A stretch of DNA of 49,320 nt, filler included, from Sphacelaria rigidula (Eukaryota): NCBI GenBank assembly GCA_964200075.2. It is 3 parts of 3 records of this genome, joined end to end, with 100 filler letters (N's around TTAATTAATTAA, not from the genome) between each part and the next. Parts side by side here need not be neighbours in the genome. Positions count along the whole stretch, not along the records: positions 16,478 to 32,851 come from CAXNAA020001382.1; positions 32,952 to 49,320 come from CAXNAA020001383.1; 1 more part is not named here. One strand, given 5' to 3'. The notes beneath the pieces are model-generated. The model did no database searches. It was given only the letters and a program-made list of their open reading frames with translations, and was not told the origin of the DNA. Shown in pieces: positions 22,701 through 33,360 of the stretch. Position numbers and translations under genes: made by a program. Position 1 is the stretch's first letter, and each line of letters begins with the position of its first letter.

Positions 22701-24427
22701 TGTCCTTGCTGTTTCCCTGTCGGCGGGAAGAGAGTCAACAGGGTTATCAAACGTGAAAGAGCTTTGGATGATGGACCATGTTGGATCGATTCACTTCGCG
22801 ACGCATATTTTGGCAGCATTGTACGGTGACACCCGGCTTCGCATCTACTCGGATACGTGAGGTGCCACAGGTGGACAAATGGGATATGACGATATTCGAC
22901 TGAGGGGGCTTGCTGTCGTGGCCGCTGGATGACAGCAGTGCCAACATAAGCGTTCAACACACCACTATCCCACGGGCACAGGACAGGAACCACCGAAACA
23001 CAACAATAAACGCGCGCTCCTACTACATTTTTGAGACGACTCAAACTGTGACGATATGGGTATGCAACGTGTCTACGACGAGCTCTCTTCAACACCCGCA
23101 GTCATGTATACCGAACACAAAACACCCCATCTTACTTGAAAGGGTCACCCTTTTTAAATAGACAGGACCGACCGAGCGTCAACCGGAGAAATGAAAACAC
23201 ACACAATACGCTTCAGCCAGGGGAGACGGCAGGCATCGGTGTACTTGAGAGGACGGTAACAACTCAGGGTTAATAAAGGTGCGACGGCTCACTCTGTGCT
23301 CCGAGATGGAGTGTATGTGCAGCTGTAGGAACGTATACGTTTGTCCCTGGAAGGACAGGAAGGGCGGCGCTGCGCACCCAGAGTAGTCCACCTGTTGATT
23401 TCCGCATTGAACCACCACCAACAACCCGGTTGGTCAGCCATGGTCAGGGTGGGAAACGGGGCGCGACGGTACTTTGCCTCAGAGGGCGGGCAGCCGTTCC
23501 CCTGATTATTGTAGACTGTACGCAATCCAGTGTACATTTCTGCTGTACCGTTCGATTTCGCCTCATAGTATAATCATTTGCTTGCCGCTGATTCAGAGTG
23601 ATTGATAGCTACGAAGCGCCTGATACGACGCGCCGCTTACTTTTAACCCATGCATATCGCTATCGTAGCACGGTAGCTCATGCTGTTCTCCTGTCTTGAG
23701 TCCACCGTGATTTTGGAACACAGGTGACCTGACGAAGCAACGAGACCGAACACTGCTTACGCTTTGGGTTATGTTTGTAGTCTTCCAACACGTTATGAAA
23801 TGCACGACTTTCACACCTTGTAGGAGTCGCCGTCGACCTCGTATATGAGGTCAGTAGACTGACACGATGTTGGCGTGAAGTGGAGGTTGTACTGTTCCGG
23901 CTGTGTTTGTTTTCCAGGAGTTCATGGGGTATCGCGGGGGGAGAACACACGGGGGTATGGCAGAGCGAGGGCGAAGCGAACACAGGGAAGATGAGCCACA
24001 CAAGAGATTGGTCAACAGGAAACGGACAAGGACAGCTGCTTCGCCAGTACTTACCGGGATCGAGCAATCGGGCAATAAACGTCCCCAACTACGTGCTACA
24101 CCATTTCGCCGGAGAAGAACACTGTGTGCGTGCAGAAGCTTTCACGTCGTAACTGTACTGAGCGCTCATCACTACAGCTTTTAAAAGATCGTCCGCAGTT
24201 ACCAAAGATTAACTCTCATACCACGTTGAAATAGGTAGGGAGAAGTAGAGCCAGTACTTCTTGTTGATTCCGTCTTCACCCGTGCAAGTTCAAATATAAC
24301 TTCGGTGCACGGAAGACGTCCTACAGTACCACCACGACTGACCGTCGCAGCTTCCTCCATGGCAAGGGAGAGGTTGATCGGGCTCTGTTCTTCTCCACCG
24401 CATTCCGGGTATCCCAAGTGCCACTCG
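19780..24427 (-). CDS. Alpha-carbonic anhydrase (7 exons resolved, 5' end unresolved)
   Basis: Exons 24343-24427 (EWHLGYPECGGEEQSPINL), 23817-23900, 23293-23391 (QLHIHSISEHR), 22418-22537 (EVHLVH..LLVVGIL), 20808-20951 (YMGSLTTPPCTE), 20475-20570 (GVKWIV..PI), 19780-19851 (NTNRPNQPLNNR..stop). All GT-AG with consistent phase; three Zn-binding His present. Confidence 0.93.
21680..22100 (-). mobile_element. Possible decayed Ty1/copia RT-RNase H remnant in a CA intron
   Basis: IVGYADEYA and PVTVPYDGDNSAIRLS...P resemble copia GYADADYA and T.LY.DN.SAI.LA.NP motifs, in the correct order; heavily degenerate. Confidence 0.35.
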
Positions 24428-24457
24428 CTGCGCACAGATGAGGCGGGGCAGTCAGAG

Positions 24458-24591
24458 GGGAGGGGGGGGGGGGGCGTACCCCTTTGTTGCTTGCCTTAGT
24501 CGTTTGACCATTGACCACGCATCCCTTTCGAGACGGGGACGAGGGGGGGGGGGGGGGGGGGGGGGGGGGAGGGGGGGGCGGGGGGTGTGGT

Positions 24592-24638
<47 letters not shown>

Positions 24639-24710
24639 GGGGGGGGGGGTATTCATTTGTTGCTTGCCTTGGTCATTTGACCAATGATCATGCATCCCTC
24701 TCGAGGCGGA
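24458..24710 (-). repeat. Tandem pair of [G-run + ~55-bp core] units with a ~108-nt poly-G tract
   Basis: tttgttgcttgcctt(a/g)gtc(g/a)tttgacca at 24483 and 24656; the reverse complement aligns with the core at 1-47 and 33050. Confidence 0.8.
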
Positions 24711-24948
24711 GCATCATGTGGGGGTGATGGGGGGCAATCGTGATCAGCAGAACAACAAAACACACTACATGTAGATACCGCCCTAGTTCTTCCTAGTCAT
24801 CATGATCCATGAGCCCTACAGCAACATACAATTTACAAGTGTGCAGCGACAGAACCGCAGGGAGGAGGGCGGGAGGAGGGTAGGGTAGAACGCCAAGAGG
24901 ACCTGCGTAATAGAGCTGCTTTATTGCAAGAAATACGAGAATTTTGAG

Positions 24949-27900
24949 CTAATGGCGTTTCAATGGTACCTGAGGCACGCTGACGTCGGGGTAGCAAGTT
25001 TGCAACGTTCGCCGTTGTTTCCATTGTCGTTGTATTCTTGCCTTCTCCAAGTCTGCTGCTGCCGCTTCGACTTCCGCAACGGCTTGTATCTGGAACGTTT
25101 CCCCGACCTGGTGAACGACGGCGCCGCATATCGGTTCGAGTGAGGTATTTATTCACAATGTATGGAGGTGGTGGCGCAGTGCGTGCGCTGTATTCGAAGG
25201 AGCAAGAAATCAAGAGGCACGTGCTGCGCGTAAGAGGGATGGTCCACCCCCTGTTTACAACGAAGGCGTCTTAGAATATCGCCAGGGGTTCCCGAGTAGC
25301 CTCCGCTATAAAAAAAAGTCTTGAGCACAGCACGTCACCATGCAGGCGTCAGCAAAAGGGAGATCCGGTCTCCTCGATTCTCTTCTCAAACCGGGCGCCA
25401 ATGTCATGAAGCGCTGTGATGGAATGTGCTCCTAGCTCACCTGCCGATCATGGTCCAAGTCTTGCTTCAATTGGTGGAACATACCGTCCACATCGGCAAG
25501 ACGTTCACCCAAGGACGCGAGCCCGTCCCACAGCGGATCTAGTCGGCATCCGTTCCACCCTTCGCGATCGCGCTCTTCCTCCGTTCTTAGAGTTATTCCT
25601 TGATTATATGGTCCGTCTTCCTTACCCTCAAATGCGGTGAAGCTGTGTGTGCTTTCCGTGTATATGTTCGTGTGAGCACCCGACTGGGCGTATGGGCGCA
25701 GAACGGGGCGGGCACGCGCAAGGTGGCATGAGCTGATTGGAGCTATGGAAGACGCGTTCGCCTGCAACAACACGGAGGAGCTGTAGGAATAAAAATCAGA
25801 TCGCTGGGCAAACGAACTCTGACGACAGTCAGGTGGACTCGTTTGTACTTTTCCTTTCTCTTCTCACTCTCGCCACTTCACTGAATGACGTCAAACCTGC
25901 TGCTGCATCATATCTAAACGCGGCACCGTTGTTTGAGGTTGTTTTGTAGTGCTGTCATGACTCACGCCATCATTACTACCCCCCATCATTGAATGGTCGC
26001 AGGGTTCATCTTCTTTCTGTGCACTCCTCTCCCGGAGTTTCCTCCCATGCTCTGTTCCTCCATTAGACTTCCCTTGGGCAGCCACGACGTTGTGGGCTCC
26101 GGCAAAGTCTGCCACGTGTAAAAATCGTTTCAGGCATGTTTTTCTCTGGTCTCCAGATGATACGTTATCGTGTTCCTCTGGCTGTAGTTGGACCATGACG
26201 ACAGGATCCGCACCTGAGACGGACAAGATGATACGATTCGTACCGAGTGACCGCGTACACTTGGGATCAATAATAGTAGTGTCGGGGAGACTTCAGGATA
26301 GGGAGGCTAGAGTCTCGATTCAAAATTCCCGTTCTGAAGTTCTTTCATAATCTGCAAGGGGGGCGTGCCTTTCACCCTGGCTCAAGGTTGGCATATATAT
26401 ACATACATATGTAAGGTCGAGTGCAACGCATCCCTCATGTAAGCCCTCCACGACTCGAGCTTAATTTTTTTAAAAGCACTCACAGCGCTCATTCGGCGTT
26501 CTCTCCGCGACAGTCCATACAGCCGGTTGCTGCCCGATTCCTGCATCTCTGACGCCCTCCCCGCCCACCCGAACATGCGTGCGTCCAGCCGCTCTCAGAC
26601 TTTCCATCCTCCCATCCGCTATGCCCAAGACTTTTGTTCTAATAGCTCCGCCACCTTCACTTCCGGCGTCGCATTTCGGATAGTCTGGTTCCTCTGTTTC
26701 GGTTCCTTCCGCCATATTTGTGCCCGGTATTACTGTCGCTGTCATTATGTGAACATGCCGCGGTTGATAGTTCCGGTCGGCTTTCGCTTGCACTGAACCC
26801 GTGCGACATGTGTCTGAAGCGGGGCGTGGATGGAGTATTCGGCTTCTCGAGTAAGGGCTCTTGCGCGGAAGCCTTAGATCCGTTGTCTGTTGAACAGAAT
26901 ACAGGGGATGGTACGTACAACGAACAGAGCTGGCCACAGTAAATTGTAGGAGACGAGGCAGGGTACCTAGACCACTATTCTCAACATTTTATTTTGCGTC
27001 ATCAAAATAATACGCGGTCGGAAGCGACCTGTACGGAAGGGTGATCTACATCGTTCAGACCACCAAGTGCCATGATCAAGATATCTGTTAGAACAGCACA
27101 ACTGATGCTGAGTAACACTTGGTGTTGTTGCCATGCCCGGGGTATCATCCAAGCCGGGCGCAAGACAGCTATATGTATACACTAGAGCACTGGTCTACGT
27201 CAATGAAGTCCACAATAGCGGACCCAAATCGTGTCAAAACCCGACCTGAGTGCCTTTGTCGACTGGTGGCGAAGTACACTGGACACCTTCGCTCCGCTTT
27301 TCTGTTGAGTTCGTCCTACAGTAGCCAGGTCAGATCCCCAAGGATATATGACCAACGTGAGGGACACATGCGAAGGGCAGGTGATATGAACACGGTCATT
27401 GAGTAGGTTACTTTGCTGGGATTTCCCCGCCCCAGTAGCTGCGCAGGCAATTCACATGTACACATGGGCATCGCGATACCGCAAGAAAACCTGTCATGGC
27501 GTTTTACTCGTCATGGCAGCCGATCTAACGTGGCAACAACGTCGTGGCACCAAGGGGTAAATACCGAACCTTCCATTGGGAATATTTGCGGCCAGCAGCG
27601 GCAGCACCGGGAAACGGTGGTAGACCAGATTGCATGGAGATCGGGTCTTGACGAATGGAATAAACTCGCTCACGTCGAAAACGTACAGAAGGCGCATATA
27701 CGACGTTGATACCTCTCAGCCAAGCAAGGGTATTTGGCACTTTATTTGGCAGTCAATGATAGTACTGAGGGGTAAAATTCAATTCGGTTGTTTGTTGCTG
27801 ATGTATGTCCATAATACCTGGTGGCTGACGGAACCTGCGCACACGCCTCCTTGACCACCACCTGCGGTTGAAGACACGACGTAGTAGCCGCTGGATCGTG

Positions 27901-28595
27901 TACGTTGTGATCGACGGAGCGAGAGTTAATGTCATGGTTGTTATTGCCTTCATCCTCCGCAGCCGTTCGACAAGAAGGCGTTTGTTCGTGCGATGTCGTG
28001 GGCTGGCTGTCCTCGGCACCGGACCGTCGTCTGGGGTACAGACAAGGTGTTCCGGGACTGAGAATTGGACAGTAGTCACCAGGGAGGATGGAATGGTCAC
28101 GTCCACCTGAGAATGCGTGCTTTTAACGCGAATATTGTGCGCACCAATGCAATACCCCCATCGGACACGTAATACTATATCTGAAGAGGGCATATACGGC
28201 GCATCTCGCAGAAGTGAGGACTTTTCACAGTGCGAATGTTCTCAGGTCCTTAGTACGGGACGGGTAAAATGCGTTGAATACCCGATTGCCCGCTTCTGGC
28301 CCTTCATCAGAAGCTGCAGCATATAGGTCACTCAATGCCTTTCAATGATGTGCGTTGCGACTAAAATACTGCTTGATGCCGCACCTTACCTTTTCACCCG
28401 CACCACAGGGGGAAGACGGCACGACCGTCGAGGTGGACTGTCAGATACGCTGCTTGTAGTTGGTGATGGCGATGAGGAGTTCCAGAGTTGCCGAGTCATT
28501 CTCGCTTCCTTTTCCAATAGCCTGTCAAAGATCGCTGTTTGTCGCTCTTCATCGGAGGCCCATTCGGAAGCGCCTGATAGTGTGCAGGTGGGCAT
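24949..28595 (-). CDS. Hypothetical multi-exon protein with IQ-like motifs
   Basis: Exon-like segments with canonical sites: 28390-28595 (M...ERQTAIFDRLLEKEARM..|gtaag), ~27860-28060 (LLVERLRRMK..TIQRLLRR), 25441-25642 (..LKQDLDHDRQ|gtgag), 24970-25107 (..ARIQRQWKQRR..). Full model not resolved. Confidence 0.4.
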
Positions 28596-29159
28596 TAAAG
28601 GCGAGATACACCATCCTGGAGCTTAGTGCTGACAAGCTTCAAGCTTCGCTCAGTTGTACCCGCTACTGTTGGTCTGCGAATTTCGGGTAGTCGACGGTCC
28701 AAAAACCGTATCAACGATCACTGCCGGAAACGCTTATTCTGGTTACGCATGTCAACAAAGTTTGGTGCAAATGATTGCATTACTGCAAGACCAGGCGGGG
28801 AACTTTCTGAGTGCGTGCCTGGAGACAGGGAGGCCCTCGGGTGGTGCCAGTGAACGGTGATCTCCCAAAACTAGAAGCATTCTGAGTCACATTGCCGGTA
28901 CAGTTTTGAGTGAGAATCCTTTACCCTTCAGGGAGCGTGGCCTGCAAAAGACCAAAAAGGCCGTTTGACGGTGCTCGGTAGCAGACATACAGCCTAGGTC
29001 ATGGAAAATCACCAGGAGGTAATACATCACGTTGCATCTTAGAGCTCTCGCGATCCCAGTGCCCCAAATACACCGCTAAAGCGAACTTGGGTTCAGTGTC
29101 GGAAATCGCATTGGAATTTATGCAGGGCTCACAGCCATTGTTATTATGTTCGTGGCGAC

Positions 29160-29402
29160 CGACTATTCGTGTCCTTAGTCTTGTGTCGTTACCATTTCAT
29201 TCCCATTTCTTTTCCATTTGTTTCTGCTTTGCTTGTCTCTCGTTTTTTTAGTTTACTCTGCTCGTTCATCTTCGTCTTTTCCCATTCTCGAGGTCCTTCA
29301 GCGAGTATTTTCGTTCACCTTGGGTACATCTATCTTGCGACCACAGTTGGATCCCTCGGTCATCAGCTCATGTACCACAATCAATCAATCAATAAATCAA
29401 TC
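29160..29402 (+). mobile_element. 3' end of non-LTR retroelement/SINE with (AATC)n tail
   Basis: T/C-rich UTR, atcttgcgaccacagttgg motif (compare gtgaccacgg at the RTE 3' end), then caatcaatcaatcaataaatcaatc. Confidence 0.55.
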
Positions 29403-29741
29403 ACAATCCCAGGGGCTCGTGCAGAGTGCTCAGCACGCATCTTGCCTCAGTCGACGCACTGAGCTCTGCCAACGGGTTTTTGTACTATTGAATAGGGCAC
29501 CGTATACATCCCTCGTCGCTTTTTGATGCGTTATCCAATTTTTAGCCTTGTGCTCGGCTCACTTTAAGCTCTCGGGCGGGTTGTGGGGAAATAAAATGTA
29601 AGGGTGTGGGGCAGTTATTCTTGCCGGACGGAACCCAGAATACGCAGGTAAAATGTAGAGGCGAGGGAACAGTTCATCTAGCGTCAGGCGTCGAAACGTA
29701 ACCCACCAGGGGTGGCGTCATCGTAGGAAATCCATTGTTTG

Positions 29742-29938
29742 TAAGCGATCGGGCGTCGGCAACGGAATCATCAATAACACCCCTTGTCAGATCATCATGA
29801 GTGGCAAATACTGTAGTCCTTTTCAACCAGATAGACGGTATTATAAGCGATCGGGCGTCACCAACGGAATCATCAGTCACACCCTTTGTCAGATCATCAT
29901 CGGCGACAAATAGTCCTTAGCAACCAAATAGACGGTAC
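29742..29938. repeat. Direct tandem duplication, ~100-bp unit x2
   Basis: taagcgatcgggcgtc..caacggaatcatca..ttgtcagatcatcat..tagtcctt..atagacggta occurs twice. Confidence 0.85.
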
Positions 29939-30831
29939 ATGCACATTGCCGTTGCGATCATGCTCATTGTAGGGAATTATCTGAATAACAACTGGTTTGT
30001 TTCTATCAGGGAGCGTCGGTGTTGCCGAACCTGAGTCGAGATCGCTCCCGGCGGCACTTTTGGCCGAAGCCATCGATTGCCCGGGACCCACTGCTTCCGC
30101 TCGGTATAATACCTGCGCAAAGGGCTTCGTACACCCGGCGCGTAGCAGGATGAGGTGTTGATGCTGATTCAGATCGCCATCCTCAGCAGTCGATGGTGGA
30201 TGTATGTGGCGGTTACCCCCGATTTGTGCGGAACGGGACAGGAAACCTCCTAGCACTTCAAGGCTGTCTTTGTCCGCGGCCTTCGTTCTCGGTGGTGGGG
30301 GAAACGCGCGATTCAATAGATATTGCGCGCGATTCAACAGAAATTGCGAAAATGGACTGAACTAGCGGCCCTGTAGTTAGTGTAGGGGATTGTCTTGCCA
30401 TCGCCGCCAATCTAACTACATATGTTTGGGGTTGAAACGTAGCGACCCCTTTACGAGGGTCAGTGTATGAGCGACAGAATGAACTACTACACATGGTAGT
30501 GTACGAAAGTGCAAAGTGAAGATCGCATGGCGTAATTACTCGCGCATCGAGCATAACCCAGGTGTGATGCTCGGGCGGGGCTACATCCCCTTCGAAACAA
30601 GAAACAGTGTAGTAAACCGCACGGTTATGGGCTGTAAAATTTAGGAAATATCCCCTACCTGATGGCTCCTACGGCGCCGGTCTGATATCGCTCGCTGTCG
30701 TCGTGTTGAAGCCGAGAAAAAGTGGTTGCGCCGCGGTTCGTCAATTGAGGCACGCCTACAAAATGCAGCAATGCCCCACGTGACGAACGAACGCGTACAC
30801 AAGTGCAACGTGACTTCGAGCGAGGAACATA

Positions 30832-31415
30832 CTCTTAAGCCAACTCTAATGGGAGCCGTTCAAAATTCCCGTCAAAAACTGCCTTTTGGGTCCTTCTCCG
30901 TCGATTTACGCTCGAAACGAGGGCTAGGTGGATGTTGACGCCTTGGAATGACTTGCTCTACTCGTTGAGACCCATCTTCGGCAACTTGGCATTTCCAGCT
31001 GGCCGCACTTGTGTTTTTGACCAAATCAGGCCAAACACGAACTTTCGGTAAAAAACGGTACGGTGATCAAAATCTCTCTCAGTATTTTGATTGCTTGACC
31101 GATTTTCACTGAAAATCCGTGTTCGGTCAAATTAAAAGTGCTGCCAGCGGGAAATGCAAAGTTGCCCTGGAATGGTCTCAATGAGTATAGCCAGTCATTC
31201 CAAGGCGTCAATATCCACCTAGCCCTCTTTTCAGGCGTGAAACAACGGAGAAGGGCCAAAATGACAGTTTTAACCCTTAGACCGCGAGATCAGTCTTTCT
31301 GGATCATGCATATTTTTTTCACTTGAAATTAATGCCGATTCAACAGAAGACTAACCTCGCTCTGTAAGGGTTAAACAGGAATTTTGAACGACTCCCATCA
31401 GAGTTGGCCCTAGAG
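30832..31415. mobile_element. Foldback MITE with long inverted arms
   Basis: gccaactctaatgggagccgttcaaaattcc...gagggctaggtggatgttgacgccttggaatgac at left; reverse complement at right, interrupted by the 31274-31370 insertion. Confidence 0.8.
31274..31370. mobile_element. piggyBac-type MITE, 97 bp
   Basis: TTAA|CCCTTAG...TAAGGG|TTAA with imperfect ~25-bp TIRs; absent from the matching left arm of the host foldback. Confidence 0.85.
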
Positions 31416-32181
31416 CGAGGATTGCTGGTGGGTGATCAACAAACTGATAGCCATGCGAAGTACTCTCACCGTCTGCGGCCTGTCAACACCAAAAGCTCCT
31501 CCTGCGCCATGAGGTTGGCGGTGCAGCCCCCCCTCATTCTAAGATCTGACGGTAGTACTTGTGGTAGGTACTATTGTGGTTCCATAACTGCCCATAAATC
31601 GCCGATCATACGCAGTAAGACCTCGTGCTCTCCGCCATAACTCTCTGCCCCTGTGAGAAGAGTGGACACAGTACGGGGGGCCGAAGACCCGATGATCGAG
31701 GGGTGCACACTACTTTACGGGTTGGTATCTGACTTCTCGACCGAAATAAGGATGCGATAATTTTCATGGCAATCCCACATCTATCCTCAATCAATCATGA
31801 TCTGTACCTATAGCTGGATTTTTTCTCGATCGAGCTGATCTTTTGTCAGCACGTCTGCCGCAGGCGAGAACACCCACAATCGAAGGGAACAATTTCAACT
31901 CAAGATCGCTGTACATGAGATGGTCACACAGGCACGTTAGCGAAACTCATTATGAATCATGACCTATTTTCTTCAGAAGGAGCGGAGGAAGAACACATTT
32001 ACACATGATTTTGCACAGCACGACGGACAATCAACAATCTTGTCCGAGTAGCATGCCACAAACCACGGGACATCAGCGGGCACCCTTCTCCAGCTAGCGG
32101 CTCAGCAAAACACACAAACACCCAGTAAAGGAGAGAAATTCGTGGCGGGTTGGACGGGCTGCAACGTCAGTGGAAGGGAGA

Positions 32182-32477
32182 ATGCCGGCTTCAGCGTTTG
32201 GAGCAGCTGGCGAATTCTCAGGGGCAGACGACGTACCGGGGGCAGACGAAGAATGCATGTTGAGGGGGGCTCCTGCGGAGAAACCAAGCAAATGGACAGC
32301 GCGGCCGTCAGCTCCAATCCGCAACGATCTGGGTTTTTTTCTCCTCGGAGTCATCAATAACTCATCGTACGTAATCATGATGGCGTTTGCGAAGGATATT
32401 TTGCCGAGTGCCGTTGGCGTGGTGTTCCTGTCTCTGGCCGGCCCAGCCTTGATTGTGACCGTCTCTGCGCCCTACTG
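32182..32477 (+). CDS. CLN3: CLN3/battenin (Btn1) family protein, first exon
   Basis: GFFLLGVINNSSYVIMMAFAKDILPSAVGVVFLSLAGPALIVTVSAPYW|gtgagt matches the battenin N-terminus (F.L.GL.NN..YV..L.AA.DI). Start could also be ATG 32257; rest of gene lies beyond the contig. Confidence 0.85.
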
Positions 32478-32851
32478 GTGAGTTGCATTTCCCTGAGTTG
32501 TCGAGAGAGTCGGTGCCTTGTGTACGATGGAGATATAAAAGTACTGGAGAATATGTAAGGGAGAATTGATCGCCATGGTCCGATGAAAACCGCTGGCGTT
32601 GCACCTTTGTTGAGTCTCGTCTCTTCTGCCTTGACGGCGGTTGGCACTTGCCGTAGGTTACATCCCATACCCCGGTGATGACTCTCTCGCCTCGAAAAAT
32701 TGTCATCACCCGAGATGTCATTCAAGGGGTGGTATAGCACGTACAGGCTGGGCCAGCTGAGAGTGATTTTTGAATCTATTTTGGCGATCCTGTGGGTAAT
32801 TTGAAGAGTTATAGCCGGATGTTTTGGCTAAGAGATTTTTGGCTCACGGAT

Positions 32852-32951
32852 NNNNNNNNNNNNNNNNNNNNNNNNNNNNNNNNNNNNNNNNNNNNTTAAT
32901 TAATTAANNNNNNNNNNNNNNNNNNNNNNNNNNNNNNNNNNNNNNNNNNNN
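32852..32951. other. Artificial contig spacer N44-TTAATTAATTAA-N44
   Basis: Identical to 16378-16477. Confidence 0.97.
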
Positions 32952-33019
32952 TTTAGACACATAAAAAAGGGAACCCGCTACGAGCAGAAAAACAGGGAAT
33001 GGGCGGCACCCAACGCGCT

Positions 33020-33112
33020 CCTCCCCCCCCCCCCCCCCCCCCTCCCCGCTGCGAGGTCAATGGTCTGATGACTATGGCATGCATGATCATGAGTACTCCC
33101 CCCCCCCTCCCC
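33020..33112 (+). repeat. Poly-C / core / poly-C copy of the short dispersed repeat, in an intron
   Basis: Core at 33050-33096 identical to 1-47, with C-runs on both sides. Confidence 0.85.
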
Positions 33113-33173
33113 GCTGAGACATATCCCACACACATGCGCACAAAACCGCAGCAGCCGCAACAACAAAACTCAC

Positions 33174-33360
33174 GGTCTCCGCACATGATGTCCGCGCAAG
33201 CCTTCTCAGCGTCCGCAGGGGTTTCGGCCATCACGGAAGCAGGAGTGTCGATGTTGTGCTCCGCCATGATCTTCATGGAAGCATACTCGTGCACGTTCAG
33301 CCGCCGCACCTGCTGCCCGGCTCCGCCAACCGCTCGAAGCGGTTGCCCTGACAGCAAGCC
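33174..33360 (-). CDS. Succinyl-CoA ligase beta subunit, mitochondrial; 5' coding exon
   Basis: cag|GLLSGQPLRAVGGAGQQVRRLNVHEYASMKIMAEHNIDTP...AETPADAEKA|gtgagt matches the SCS-beta mature N-terminus (LNLHEY) after an RRL cleavage-like site. First exon (~33500-33710) unresolved; downstream exons beyond the contig. Confidence 0.85.

Noticed and set aside
24055-24088. Extra CA exon (LGTFIARLLDP) with good splice sites
   Set aside because: 34 nt would break the phase; flanking exons join in frame without it.
24321-24695. Poly-Pro / poly-Gly ORFs (also 44759-45145)
   Set aside because: Translations of low-quality poly-G/C tracts.
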